The notes: generated from the letters alone by a model not told the origin. Counted from the stretch's first letter, positions 9,798-19,888 are shown. The stretch is 64,000 nt of DNA from Candidatus Sungiibacteriota bacterium (GCA_016186145.1 JACPMF010000002.1:18473-82472); one strand, 5' to 3'. A program made the numbers and translations.

Positions 9798-10898
9798 GTG
9801 GCAAAACTGAAAATTCTCGTTGTTTCCAAAGACATGGGCGCATCGGAAATGAGCATGCCGCTTGCAGAACTTGCCGCAGATAATGGTCACGAGGTATCTC
9901 TTGTAATCGAAGGGCTTGCCGCAGAGAACTATGACAGGTTGAACGCGTGGCGAGCAGAGAAGGACGAAGCCTTCCTACCGGTTCTTTTCCGCGGCACCGT
10001 TGATTTTCGAGATTTCCCATTCACGCTTGACGCCGAAACGCTTGTCAAAAAAGTAAATCCGGACATCGTGATTGTTACCATGAGTTCTCCGATCAACCTT
10101 GAAGACCAGATCGGCAAAGCGGCAAACACGTTTGGCATTCCAGTTGTCGCGCTCAACGATTTCTGGGGCGGGCTCACACGGGCAAAAACCGCGAAGGCCG
10201 ATCTCATGCTCGGAATCGACGAAACCGATCTGGCCGCAGCACACCGTCATTTCAGTCACAACTACATATCCGCTGTTGTCGGCAACCACGCAGTCAGCAA
10301 AGCCCGTAGGATCAAGCCCTCACCTGAAATTCTATACAAAATGCTCGATCTTAAGCACCGCTTCGAAACAATCATCCTTTTTGCCGGAGGGGGTCCGGAA
10401 TACACCGGCGCGGAGATCAAACTCCTTGTAGGATGCCTGCAAAAAACACCCGGCTCCTGGGTTGTTATCAAGCGGTATCACGGCAAACATGCAAACCGAA
10501 CCGCGCCAAACGTCAACACAACATGGCGCGAAGTATGGGATTCACAATTTGCTCCGCTCGGAGACCGCATCATTGAACTTCCAACACCGGAAGGTGACGC
10601 GGTTGCAACCCTCTCTGACTGCACCGTTTCGGGATTCTCCACCATGATGACTACTGCGGTTGCCTCGTATAAAAGAGCAATCGCACTAGTGACCCCGGAA
10701 ACAAGAAAATCACTTAAAGCGCAGACAACCCTTGGCCGCTATCCTCTTGCCATGACCGGCCTTGTGCCGGAAATCGTAGTGCCGACAAACCTCGCTCCAT
10801 TCCTTCTCGAAATGCCTGACAAAAAAACCGTAGACTATTGGCTCAAGCCATATGATCCAGCACTTGCTCTGCGTGAAATCGAAAAACTTTTCGGCTAA
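9798..10898 (+). CDS. Hypothetical protein, probable GT-B fold, inserted antisense between neuC and neuA
   Basis: 366-aa ORF with AGGAG RBS and GTG start, TTGACA near 9701, downstream hairpin; fold call is weak. Confidence 0.65.
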   Translation: MAKLKILVVSKDMGASEMSMPLAELAADNGHEVSLVIEGLAAENYDRLNAWRAEKDEAFLPVLFRGTVDFRDFPFTLDAETLVKKVNPDIVIVTMSSPINLEDQIGKAANTFGIPVVALNDFWGGLTRAKTAKADLMLGIDETDLAAAHRHFSHNYISAVVGNHAVSKARRIKPSPEILYKMLDLKHRFETIILFAGGGPEYTGAEIKLLVGCLQKTPGSWVVIKRYHGKHANRTAPNVNTTWREVWDSQFAPLGDRIIELPTPEGDAVATLSDCTVSGFSTMMTTAVASYKRAIALVTPETRKSLKAQTTLGRYPLAMTGLVPEIVVPTNLAPFLLEMPDKKTVDYWLKPYDPALALREIEKLFG

Positions 10899-10901
10899 CC
10901 C

Positions 10902-10935
10902 AAAAAAGTGCCGACCGCAACCACGGTCGGCTTTA
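10902..10935. terminator. Probable bidirectional intrinsic terminator
   Basis: GCCGACCG-caacca-CGGTCGGC stem with A/T flanks between convergent genes. Confidence 0.75.
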
Positions 10936-10949
10936 AATTTCAAGCATGC

Positions 10950-12164
10950 CTAGGCGGAATCGAAAAATCTTTTTTGCGTATAAAGCGGCGCGGTCTTCAG
11001 CACATGCCGAATCATTTTTGATGTTTGGGGCTTGTGGTACATAAACGACTGCTGATACGGACCATGGATAATCTGTTTGTCGATGGCTTGTTTTATCTCT
11101 CCCGCGTCATAACCGGCATCCGTAACATTTTCCCCGCGGCTTCTTCCTTGTTGGCGGCTTCCGACATTCACCACCGGTACGCCGAAATAAGAAGCCTCCT
11201 TGATTCCTGCCGAAGAATTGCCGATCAAGCATTTCGCATATTTAAGCAAAGCAATGAAATCACGCGGGTCTATATCTATAACAAAACGGACATTCGGAAC
11301 CGAATATTCTTCACGGAAACGCCTGATCCCCCGGGATATTTCATCCGTGCCTGCGTCCGGATTCGGCCAAAACCACAACGCCTGAACACCGGCCTCCCTC
11401 ACGGCCCGCAGGGTTTTTAAAATGTTTTCAAGATTGTTGCGCTCGCTTGTTACCGGATGCTGTATGACAAGCACATACGGTTTTGAGAAGTCAATCGCTC
11501 CGCCGACACCTTCCCGATTTATCATTTCAGCGTTAATTCTTCGATCGACGTAAGCCGCAAACTCAATATCCGGAGAACCAACATTAAAAACATAAGCCGG
11601 ATTTTCTCCCATCTGCAAAACGCGACGATAAGCATCTTCGTTAGTGACGAAATGAATGTGTGAAAGTTTGGTTATGGCGTGCCTAACGCTTTCGTCAATG
11701 GTTCCCGTAACATCTCCTCCTTCAATATGCGCCACCGTCTTATCGAGGTATGCCGCGGTCATAGCTGCCGCCAGCTGTTCAAACCGGTCGCCCCGAATAA
11801 GCACAATGTCCGGATTCAATTTCTGAAACGTGTTGGCAAGCTCCAATACCGCAAGGCCCGCGGTCTTTGCCATCGCCGCGTGGTTTCCGCCCTCAATAAG
11901 ATTAAGCATCTTCTCATGGACAACAAACCCCTTGGCGCCAAGCCGCGGCAAAACGTCGCTGTATTTATCAAGAAGAGCCGAGCCGCCAACAACAAGCTGC
12001 AATTCTATTTCCGGATCGCCCTTCAACTGGTCAAGCAATAATTGCTGACGCGCATAGTGAATGCGATTGGTTATGACAAAACAAATTTTCCGCCTTTTTC
12101 GTTCAGGCAGTAAACCGGTTTTCTTGGCAATTATTTTTATTTTTGACTTAGCAGCAGATAACAT
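10950..12164 (-). CDS. neuC: Hydrolysing UDP-GlcNAc 2-epimerase (NeuC/LegG family)
   Basis: GDRFE, HIEGGD, IDESVRHAITKLSHIHF, GNSSAGIKEA. Confidence 0.9.
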   Translation of the reverse strand: MLSAAKSKIKIIAKKTGLLPERKRRKICFVITNRIHYARQQLLLDQLKGDPEIELQLVVGGSALLDKYSDVLPRLGAKGFVVHEKMLNLIEGGNHAAMAKTAGLAVLELANTFQKLNPDIVLIRGDRFEQLAAAMTAAYLDKTVAHIEGGDVTGTIDESVRHAITKLSHIHFVTNEDAYRRVLQMGENPAYVFNVGSPDIEFAAYVDRRINAEMINREGVGGAIDFSKPYVLVIQHPVTSERNNLENILKTLRAVREAGVQALWFWPNPDAGTDEISRGIRRFREEYSVPNVRFVIDIDPRDFIALLKYAKCLIGNSSAGIKEASYFGVPVVNVGSRQQGRSRGENVTDAGYDAGEIKQAIDKQIIHGPYQQSFMYHKPQTSKMIRHVLKTAPLYTQKRFFDSA

Positions 12165-12169
12165 TGTTG

Positions 12170-12232
12170 AAAGAAATTGAGAAATTAAGCAATGTACTAC
12201 TACTTTCTTAATTTCTTAATTTCTATTTTCTT
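12170..12232. repeat. Inverted 8-mer (AAGAAATT/AATTTCTT) array filling the neuB-neuC gap
   Basis: aagaaatt gagaaatt aagcaatg ... ctttctta atttctta atttctat tttctt. Confidence 0.75.
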
Positions 12233-13338
12233 CACGTAATGACTTCCCATGTGATTGGCTCGTATTTTTTTATTAATCGCCTCGCTTTTTTCCCAAGCAC
12301 ATTCTCATATTCTTCAGACGGCAGCCCTCCGGCATAGGCCTGCGGACGCATGGCGTAAAGCATATCAGCAACAACCATTGCTCCGGCAGAAATATCCTGG
12401 CCCGCCACAAGCGATTTTCGAAAGTATGGCCTAAAAACAGCCTCGTCCTCCTGTAAAACCTTCCCGCCGGAACCCATGCCGGCTTTTACAATCTCTTTTC
12501 CGAGATATTCGTTTTTCTTCTCCGGACTGCGTTCTAATTCGCGTATACCAGAAACAAGAGACCGCAATTCATCCGGCGTCATAGAAACCTTATGGTCCGC
12601 CCCCCACAGGTCGCGGGAAAATGAAAAGTGCTTTTCTATCACTTTAGCGCCCAAGGCAACCGCCGCAAACGCGGAATCAACACCGACTGAATGGTCGGAA
12701 AAACCAACAGGAATATTATACCTCTTTTTCAAAAAATCTATGGTGCCCAGATTGAGATGCCCGGGCGGGCAAGGATATTTTGATACGCAATGAAGTAAAA
12801 CCACTTGAGCGTCTCTCTGTTTAAGAAAGTCGATTGTTTTATCGAGTTCTTCAATCGTAGACATTCCTGAAGAAATAATCACGGGCTTTTTTGTCGATGC
12901 GAGGTAATCAAGAATGACGAAATCAAGAAGGTCGCCGGATCCAACCTTCCAAAGCTCCACGCCAAGCTCATTCAATTTTTTAGCCGCCCCTCTCGACATT
13001 GGCGTTGAGTGAAAAATTATGCCGAGCTCATCACAGTAAACTTTGAGCGGCCGCCAAAATTCATTAAGCGGCGTGGCATTTGTGTTTCGCGTAACCCAAG
13101 AATACCGATCGGATCCTTTGAAATGCGGGGAAACGACTTCGATATCCAGCTGTTCGTCTTCAACGTTATGCGTTTGGAATTTTACTGCATCGGCTCCTGC
13201 GTCTTTTGCCGCCCTAACTAGAGCTTTTGCGTTTTCAAGATACTCTGAAACCGGCCGCTCTTCTTCGGTTTGAATAAAATTTTTGCCGATCTCGGCTACA
13301 ATAAAAGTGCCCTTGTGTATTAAATCCCCTACTTTCAT
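12232..13338 (-). CDS. neuB: Nonulosonic acid synthase (NeuB family) with SAF domain
   Basis: AEIG, ADAVKFQ, LHCVSKYP, GFSDHS, IEKHF. Confidence 0.9.
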   Translation of the reverse strand: MKVGDLIHKGTFIVAEIGKNFIQTEEERPVSEYLENAKALVRAAKDAGADAVKFQTHNVEDEQLDIEVVSPHFKGSDRYSWVTRNTNATPLNEFWRPLKVYCDELGIIFHSTPMSRGAAKKLNELGVELWKVGSGDLLDFVILDYLASTKKPVIISSGMSTIEELDKTIDFLKQRDAQVVLLHCVSKYPCPPGHLNLGTIDFLKKRYNIPVGFSDHSVGVDSAFAAVALGAKVIEKHFSFSRDLWGADHKVSMTPDELRSLVSGIRELERSPEKKNEYLGKEIVKAGMGSGGKVLQEDEAVFRPYFRKSLVAGQDISAGAMVVADMLYAMRPQAYAGGLPSEEYENVLGKKARRLIKKYEPITWEVIT

Positions 13339-13625
13339 CCCGTTAGTGACAAGAAGCGCTTTAAGCGCTCTCGCGCATAACGCCTGCCTGGTCCTGATTT
13401 AATTTGTTTTTCTCTGGCATAGGCATCTTTGGGATGTCTGTATGCCTCGTAGTAAATTAACTCAAACGGAGCTCGACCTTTTGTCCATGAGTCGAATTCA
13501 CCAATATTGTGTTGCTTAAAGCGCTTCCGTAAATCTGAAGTACATCCAATATACCAATCTCCAGTCTTTTTACTCCTCAATATATACACATAATGAAATT
13601 TCATATCGTCACTAACGGGATTCAT
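13335..13625 (-). CDS. Small GIY-YIG nuclease (alternative start 13604)
   Basis: YVYIL...WYIGCT...R..QHN, AYAREKQIK. Confidence 0.9.
   Translation of the reverse strand: MNPVSDDMKFHYVYILRSKKTGDWYIGCTSDLRKRFKQHNIGEFDSWTKGRAPFELIYYEAYRHPKDAYAREKQIKSGPGRRYARERLKRFLSLTG
13338..13620. mobile_element. 283-bp TIR element carrying GIY-YIG, inserted at the neuB start codon
   Basis: Perfect 13-bp TIR TCCCGTTAGTGAC/GTCACTAACGGGA; TTCA duplicated at 13334-13337 and 13621-13624. Confidence 0.85.
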
Positions 13626-13697
13626 AAAATAAAAAACCGCACGATTACTGATATTTAGTACTCACGCGGCGAGATGCGAGTTTCCAAAGGAAAATCA

Positions 13698-14486
13698 TTA
13701 CCAAACGGTCCAGCCCCCGTCTACAACAAGATTTGCTCCGGTCATATAGCTTGAGGCATCCGAGGCCAAAAAAAGGATTGCACCGTTATATTCGTGCTTC
13801 TCGGCCATACGGCCAAGAATTGTCCGTTCTTCGTACTTCTTAACAAACTCCGCCGGCTGGCCGGCAAGTACTCCGCCGGGGGTCAGCGTATTGACGCGGA
13901 TACCCGTGCCGCGAAGATATGACGCCCAAGCACGAGTAAAATTCAACACGGCACCCTTAATAGTGGCATATCCAACGGATTTGAATTTTCCTGAATCATA
14001 AATGCGGTTATCCGGTCCAACATTCCCGTAAGTTGAAGAGATATTTATGATTGAACCGCTCCCCTGCTTTTTCATAATCGGGACAACCGCCTGCATCATG
14101 AATAACATCCCATTCAATCCTACCGCAATTTCTTTTTTCCATAACTCCTGCGGATAATCTTCATAGGGCGCGAATTGACTTTTTGATTCCGGACTGCCGG
14201 GCACCGGATTCATCGCCGCATTGTTTATTAAAACATCAATGCGCCCGTGTTCTTTTTCAATCTCGGCCACGGCAAAAAAAACCGCTTCGCGATCAGAAAT
14301 GTCGACTTTCACATAACGGATGTCCGGTGATTTCGGCAGTTTCGGACTATCAACTACATCGAAAAGCACGACGCGCGCGCCGCCGTCCGCGAAACAAGAA
14401 GCGTATTCCTTGCCAAGCATACCGGCCCCGCCGGTTATGATAATTATTTTATTTTTTATCGAGAAAAGTTCGATAACATTTTGCAT
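13698..14486 (-). CDS. SDR oxidoreductase (PtmA/ElaC-like)
   Basis: TGGAGMLG, NNA, YATIK, TGANLVVDGG. Confidence 0.88.
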   Translation of the reverse strand: MQNVIELFSIKNKIIIITGGAGMLGKEYASCFADGGARVVLFDVVDSPKLPKSPDIRYVKVDISDREAVFFAVAEIEKEHGRIDVLINNAAMNPVPGSPESKSQFAPYEDYPQELWKKEIAVGLNGMLFMMQAVVPIMKKQGSGSIINISSTYGNVGPDNRIYDSGKFKSVGYATIKGAVLNFTRAWASYLRGTGIRVNTLTPGGVLAGQPAEFVKKYEERTILGRMAEKHEYNGAILFLASDASSYMTGANLVVDGGWTVW

Positions 14487-14487
14487 A

Positions 14488-15474
14488 TTAAGAAAGTTTT
14501 ATTTTTGCCATTTTTTTTGCAGCAAGCGCCATCTCCAACACCGCCCTGCCTGATTTTCCGTCGCTTTCAGGATTTACGCCGCGCCGGACACAATGTATAA
14601 AATCTTTCAACTCCGCTAAATACATGCGATTCCTCTCAAAACCCTCCGGTGCCCGAATAACACGAGCTTTCCCGTTTGCCTCTGTAATACGAAGCGTATT
14701 TTCATAATAATCCCATTCCATGCTGCCAGTCGACCCGATGATCACAAAACGCTTAAAAGCCGGCCGGCTCAAGTAATCAAGAGAGGACACAACCACAGGA
14801 CAGCGTTCTGCGGAAAAGACAAGAACTGCATTATCGTCCGTATTGATGCCGAGCGCGCCGCTATTTTGCACAATCGCAGAAGCCGCTTTTGCCGGTCCAA
14901 AAAACCAGTGGATAAGATCGAGGTCATGGCTCTGTGTAAGGACAACGCCTCCGCCAAGATCACTACGTCCGGCATACGCTTTACGGTGGTCTTCCCACGG
15001 ATGCCAGCCGGGCAGATACTCTCCGGTAGCAAAACGCGCCGAATGTAAACGGCCAAGCTTTCCGGAATCTAAAAGTTTTTTGGCTTTTTTCAAAAGCGGA
15101 TGATGCCGAAAATTATATCCGACATATACTATTCTTTTCCGGCGCGCCGCTTCACGAAGCAGCTCGCCTACCCCCGCGGATGTGTGTGAAATCGGTTTTT
15201 CTATAAAAACATGGGAACCGGCTTTAACGGCCCTGAACCCGGTTGAAACATGCAAACTCGTCGGATTACAAACAAAAACCGCATCTGGTTGCTCGGTGAA
15301 TGCCGCCTTAACATCAAAAAACACCCGCGGGTGATACTCCGCAAAGAATTGCCTCTGCGGTTGATCCATCCGGCGTCTTGAACGAACCACGGCAACATCC
15401 CGATAGCCGAGCGCCAATAAATTTTTATAGTGGCGCCGACCAATGGAGCCGGTGCCAACAATAAGAAATTTCAT
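14488..15474 (-). CDS. Gfo/Idh/MocA oxidoreductase (PtmF/ElaA-like)
   Basis: GTGSIGRRH, EKP, YLPGWHPWED, GGGVVLTQSHDLD. Confidence 0.88.
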   Translation of the reverse strand: MKFLIVGTGSIGRRHYKNLLALGYRDVAVVRSRRRMDQPQRQFFAEYHPRVFFDVKAAFTEQPDAVFVCNPTSLHVSTGFRAVKAGSHVFIEKPISHTSAGVGELLREAARRKRIVYVGYNFRHHPLLKKAKKLLDSGKLGRLHSARFATGEYLPGWHPWEDHRKAYAGRSDLGGGVVLTQSHDLDLIHWFFGPAKAASAIVQNSGALGINTDDNAVLVFSAERCPVVVSSLDYLSRPAFKRFVIIGSTGSMEWDYYENTLRITEANGKARVIRAPEGFERNRMYLAELKDFIHCVRRGVNPESDGKSGRAVLEMALAAKKMAKIKLS

Positions 15475-15697
15475 CCCGTTAGAGACCCGCCTGCCATCGC
15501 CTCCTTATGGAGAAAGTATGCAGGTCGGTATTTTAAACCAGCTAATGAATAAATCTTTATTAAATAAAAAGGCATAGGCGGGCAGGTAGGAAATGCCTTC
15601 GGCATTTCCGTATATTAATGCCTATTTACACAACTTTTTTGAACAATACTTTTGAACCCCGCATTGCCATTTTGAAACGCTCGGATCTCTAACGGGA
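15474..15697. mobile_element. 224-bp non-coding TIR element at an ATGA stop/start overlap
   Basis: TIR TCCCGTTAGAGA(C/T)CCG 15/16; TTCA at 15470-15473 and 15698-15701; internal CCCGCCTGCC...GGCGGGCAGG and GGAAATGCC-TTC-GGCATTTCC hairpins. Confidence 0.85.
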
Positions 15698-15698
15698 T

Positions 15699-16439
15699 TC
15701 ATAAGAGTTTAAGCTCACGCATAGCGCGTTCTGCCAATTTTAAATCCTTTGGCTCATCCAGGTCCGCATTCCGCAGGGGATCCGTAATCACACCGCGAAT
15801 ATCAGGACCATAAATTACTCCCTTTTTTATGAATTTCGCCCTCGTTGCGTCCACTAATCCGTTCTGCCAATAAACTTTGGGCAATAACTGGCGCGGAACG
15901 TCGGTGCCAAGCTTTGAATAGTGCGCGGTTTTAATCAACGGCTTCATTATGCCGGTTTCTTGCGCGGATATCGTCCACATCTTAAAAGGATTGAATGGAT
16001 TTGGCGCTGAAACCGTACGTACAGAATCACAGCCGGTCTTCAGCATAAGCGAAATAACACGATCAATGTCTTCCGCCGTCCGCAATGGAGCGGTAGGCCT
16101 TAAGTTAACAACAATATCCGGTTTCCAGCCGCGATGTTTTTCAATCCATGACACCGCGTGCTGAAAAAACTCAATATCCGGGGATTTGTCGCCGGCAAGA
16201 TTCTTGGGTCTCAAAAAGGGTACATCCGCGCCGAAACGGCGCGCAACACGAGCAATTTTCGGGTCATCCGTGGATACGATAAAAGCGCCAAGCAGGCGAG
16301 ACTTCTTTGCTTCGCGGATAGTATAATAAATCAGCGGCTTACCCGCCAAAAGCGCGATATTCTTCCACGGGATACTTTTAGAGCCGCCCCGAGCAGGAAT
16401 AATCCCTAAGATTTTGACCTCCTTTTTGCTGTTTACCAT
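15699..16439 (-). CDS. neuA: Acylneuraminate cytidylyltransferase, second copy
   Basis: IIPARGGSK, STDD, LRPTAPLR; start uncertain (16439 or 16466). Confidence 0.88.
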   Translation of the reverse strand: MVNSKKEVKILGIIPARGGSKSIPWKNIALLAGKPLIYYTIREAKKSRLLGAFIVSTDDPKIARVARRFGADVPFLRPKNLAGDKSPDIEFFQHAVSWIEKHRGWKPDIVVNLRPTAPLRTAEDIDRVISLMLKTGCDSVRTVSAPNPFNPFKMWTISAQETGIMKPLIKTAHYSKLGTDVPRQLLPKVYWQNGLVDATRAKFIKKGVIYGPDIRGVITDPLRNADLDEPKDLKLAERAMRELKLL

Positions 16440-16489
16440 CACTTGATGATACTTCCTTAAATTCAAATATGTTTTTTTGAGGCCAGAAG

Positions 16490-16630
16490 CCCTAAACCCG
16501 AAACTCTAAACCCTAAATAAACCCAAATGACCAAATCGATGGTTCGCTCATCAAGATTATATTGTTTCTCTTTTTGGGTTTCGGTCATTGTAACTTGTTT
16601 AGGGTTTAGGACCTAGAGTTTAGGGTTTAG
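16490..16630. repeat. Inverted 7-mer (CCCTAAA/TTTAGGG) array between divergent neuA2 and neuB2
   Basis: ccctaaa cccgaaa ctctaaa ccctaaa ...aaatgacc / ggtcattg... tttaggg tttagga cctagag tttaggg. Confidence 0.85.
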
Positions 16631-16660
16631 AAACATAAATAATATAAACCATACTAAATT

Positions 16661-17713
16661 ATGACGCGAACTATTTATATAGGTGAACGCCCGATAGGTG
16701 ATAATCATCCCTGTTTTATCATCGCCGAAGCGGGCGTGAATCATAACGGCGACCCGGAACTCGCAAAAAAACTCATTGCATCGGCGACAGAATGCGGAGC
16801 TGATGCCGTAAAATTCCAGAAACGAACCGTTGAGGATATTTTAATAAAAGCGGCCCTGGAAAAAACTTATGACAGCCCGACAGCTCTTGCGCCCACCTAC
16901 GGAGAGCACCGGAAAAAACTGGAACTTTCGAAAAACGCGTGGCAAGAATTGCGTGATTTTGCCAAAGAGAACAAAATAATTTTCTTTGCAAGCGCGTGGG
17001 ATCCAAAAAGCGCGGACTTTCTTGACGAACTCGGAACTCCGGTCTTCAAAACCGCATCAGCCGACCTTACCAATCTTCCACTCCTGGAACATATCGCCAA
17101 AAAAGGGAAACCTGTTATCATGTCAACCGGAATGAGCACTATCGAAGAAATTGACGAAGCGGTTGAAACGGTTCTTGCTAAAAATAAAAAAGTGATTTTG
17201 ATGCACTGCGTATCCGACTATCCCTGCTCCGAGGATAAGGTAAATTTAAAAATGATCGGCGTCTTGCGCGAACGCTACGGCCTGCCGGTAGGATATTCCG
17301 GACACGAAACCGGCGTTGCGATATCTGTTGCGGCGCGGGCGCTTGGCGCTGTCGCAATAGAAAAGCATTTCACCCTTGACCGAGCGACGATTGGTCCGGA
17401 TCACGCCGCCTCGCTCGAGCCGGAAGGACTACGCAGGGTCGTAAAATACATACGGGTTGCCGTTGACCCGGCAATGGGAGACGGGGTCAAAAAAATCACC
17501 GAGACCGAATTGAAACAAAGAGCAAAACTCGCCAAAAGTATCGCCGCAAGGGTTTCCATTCCAAAAGGCACGTTGATTTCCGCCGACATGCTTACCATCA
17601 AAGGCCCGGGCACCCACCTAAAACCTAAATATCTCAACGATCTAGTTGGCAAAACTGCTAAAGCCGATATTCTTGAAGACACGCTGGTTCCTATCGAAGC
17701 GCTTGAGTGGTAA
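16661..17713 (+). CDS. neuB: Nonulosonic acid synthase (NeuB family), second copy
   Basis: IIAEAGVNHNGD, AVKFQKR, GYSGHE, IEKHFTLD, SAF tail. Confidence 0.92.
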   Translation: MTRTIYIGERPIGDNHPCFIIAEAGVNHNGDPELAKKLIASATECGADAVKFQKRTVEDILIKAALEKTYDSPTALAPTYGEHRKKLELSKNAWQELRDFAKENKIIFFASAWDPKSADFLDELGTPVFKTASADLTNLPLLEHIAKKGKPVIMSTGMSTIEEIDEAVETVLAKNKKVILMHCVSDYPCSEDKVNLKMIGVLRERYGLPVGYSGHETGVAISVAARALGAVAIEKHFTLDRATIGPDHAASLEPEGLRRVVKYIRVAVDPAMGDGVKKITETELKQRAKLAKSIAARVSIPKGTLISADMLTIKGPGTHLKPKYLNDLVGKTAKADILEDTLVPIEALEW

Positions 17714-17725
17714 AGTTATGCAAAG

Positions 17726-17753
17726 AAAAAACCACCGCATCGCGGTGGTTTTT
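17726..17753. terminator. Bidirectional terminator
   Basis: AAAAAACCACCGC-AT-CGCGGTGGTTTTT between convergent genes. Confidence 0.85.
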
Positions 17754-17769
17754 GATTCAAAGTTTAAAA

Positions 17770-18981
17770 CTATTGCAGCTGGTCTGCCCTGATATAACTT
17801 CCCGCCTTAACCGTGGTCGCTGTCGAATTAGAAGTAAACTGAGCCCATTGCAAAGTCACATCTCCGGCCGTGCTTCCTACCACGACTGTGCCCTTAACAT
17901 GGATTACTACAGGAGCGTTTGCCCGAAGCGGTATTACCTGACTTGCCGTTCCTGAACTATTAAGTAGTTCTCCTTGTGTAGTTAGATTATTAGGAGAGGC
18001 AGCGATATACCCCAAAGTCATAGTTGCGCCGGAAGGAACAGTAAATGCAATCTTAAGATCGGGGTTAGAACTTGCACTGCTCGCAAATACCACCGCATCG
18101 ACGGTGTATGTCTGGTTTGCAGCCAATGTCAGCTTAAGCTCGTCGTCATTCTGAAGCGTAGTGCTGGAAGTAACAGATTCGTCGCTTGATTTACGCGTTT
18201 GTAGTGATACAACGACCGAAAATGGAACGTCAGTAGAAAATACTGCGCTATTTTGATTGGTCAAAGTATTCCCGTTTGAAGTTGAATCACTCAAACTGTT
18301 GTTCAGCTTCCAGTACCCCTGAAGGCCGGACTCGTTCCCAACAAGCTCGGTATTATAGTTATCTGCAATCTGCGCCGCAGTACGGGCAACATTCCAAACC
18401 CTCACATCGTCCATCTTCCCATCGAGATAAGCACTGTCATCATAATCTGCGTTTATATTTCCAATGTACAGAAGAGAAGTACCATTGCAAATAGAAGTGT
18501 CCAATCCGCTTTGTTGGGACCCTTGCGGTACTCCATTGACATAAAAATCAGCAGTCCCACCCGAAGCGGTGTAGACAACAGCGACATGGTACCAAACGCC
18601 AATACTCGGATTCCAGCTTACAGTCCCTGCTGTCGCAGAATTTGAGCAATTACTATCGGCCTCAAATTTAAGTTGGTAAGTCGTTGTATTATTGTACAGA
18701 TTAAAACGCCACGATCTTTGATTGCCGGTCAAAGTCATCTTAGAAATAAACTGCATCGCACGGCCTTCCGGCGGCAATGACTCAAACTTGACCCATGTCT
18801 CAAGTGTTAAATTGCCCGTCACAGAAAGCGATGCGCTATCAGCGGCCGTCAAGTACTGGCTTGAACCGGACTCAAGGTCTATTGAGTACGTATTCCCTGC
18901 ATATGCAACGCCAAACGAACCAAACAAGGCCGTGGCAAGCAAAAGAAAAAGCGTACATACGACGAAGGATGTTCGCTTCAT
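17770..18981 (-). CDS. Secreted LamG/concanavalin-like domain protein with C-terminal beta domain
   Basis: Signal peptide; TLETWVK, WYHVAVVY, GKMDDVRVWN. Confidence 0.85.
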   Translation of the reverse strand: MKRTSFVVCTLFLLLATALFGSFGVAYAGNTYSIDLESGSSQYLTAADSASLSVTGNLTLETWVKFESLPPEGRAMQFISKMTLTGNQRSWRFNLYNNTTTYQLKFEADSNCSNSATAGTVSWNPSIGVWYHVAVVYTASGGTADFYVNGVPQGSQQSGLDTSICNGTSLLYIGNINADYDDSAYLDGKMDDVRVWNVARTAAQIADNYNTELVGNESGLQGYWKLNNSLSDSTSNGNTLTNQNSAVFSTDVPFSVVVSLQTRKSSDESVTSSTTLQNDDELKLTLAANQTYTVDAVVFASSASSNPDLKIAFTVPSGATMTLGYIAASPNNLTTQGELLNSSGTASQVIPLRANAPVVIHVKGTVVVGSTAGDVTLQWAQFTSNSTATTVKAGSYIRADQLQ

Positions 18982-19109
18982 GCTTTCTCCTTTCTTAATA
19001 TTTATTTTTTAAAGTGCCGTACAATTACACTACCAATTGCATTATCGACCAGCAAGACCCGGCTGTGGATAAATGCGACAGTGCGAATTAGCGTTTAAAA
19101 AAGACAAAC

Positions 19110-19869
19110 CTAAACCGAACATACAAGCAAACCCAAACTAAGATGGGCGGGGTTTAATGGAAATGGCTCAAATTTCAAAATATTAAACCCGGATTTTTGA
19201 ATTTCTTTGTATGAAGCACAAAAATAATCAACGTTCTGGAGGTGCATCCATTGAAAGATATTCTGGGCTTCGGCAAACTCTTCCAAAAAAATTGCGCCTT
19301 TTACGACAACTCGCCTTGCTTCTTGGAAAGCACGCGGATAATCGCGTGGGAGCTGTTCTATCGCTTGGCACGAAAAAGCCGCATCAAAAGAATTCTCAGA
19401 AAACGGTAAATTTAGCATATTGCCTTCGCAAAATTGAATATCGCTTTTCAAAAGACGTTCGCGAATAATATTTTCATCGAGTTCGGTTACATACCTAAGG
19501 CGCTTAAGAGGTGGATTCGAGAGGAAGAGATTTGCAACAGCCGCTCCTTGCGGCGTAAGGTCTACTCCTCGCCAAGTTTTTACTTCGGGATGCAACGCGG
19601 CCAGCGCCAAGATGTTAAAACCATTGCCGCTTCCCAGTTCTAAAACACTTCTTACTTCGTTTTGAAAGTCGAGCTCCCGAATAGACCGGCTCAAATACGC
19701 GATGCGCATCTTTCTGACATCGATTGCGCGGCATTGTACGGGACGGCCGTTTAACTCGCGCGCTGACGGCTTATCTAACCTTTCATCCAACTCCTTTTGC
19801 GTTTTGCCCCACAGATTACTGTAGTATTCCTTAACAGAACATTCGTTTTTTGTGTAGTGAGTCCTTCAT
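19110..19869 (-). CDS. Class I SAM methyltransferase, possibly frameshifted near the 5' end (intact frame 19110-19790)
   Basis: VLELGSGNG, LPFSENSFD; upstream ATG at 19869 is out of frame across a T6 run. Confidence 0.7.
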
Positions 19870-19888
19870 ATCATTTAATGAATATATG

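Noticed and set aside
13338-13620. Group I intron with a GIY-YIG homing endonuclease
   Set aside because: The element is almost all ORF, with no room for a ribozyme core, and has TIRs plus a TSD rather than splice-site features.
16490-16630. Plant-type telomere repeat (TTTAGGG)
   Set aside because: Short, degenerate, inverted and internal to a bacterial operon; it is one of several unrelated 7-mers with the same layout.
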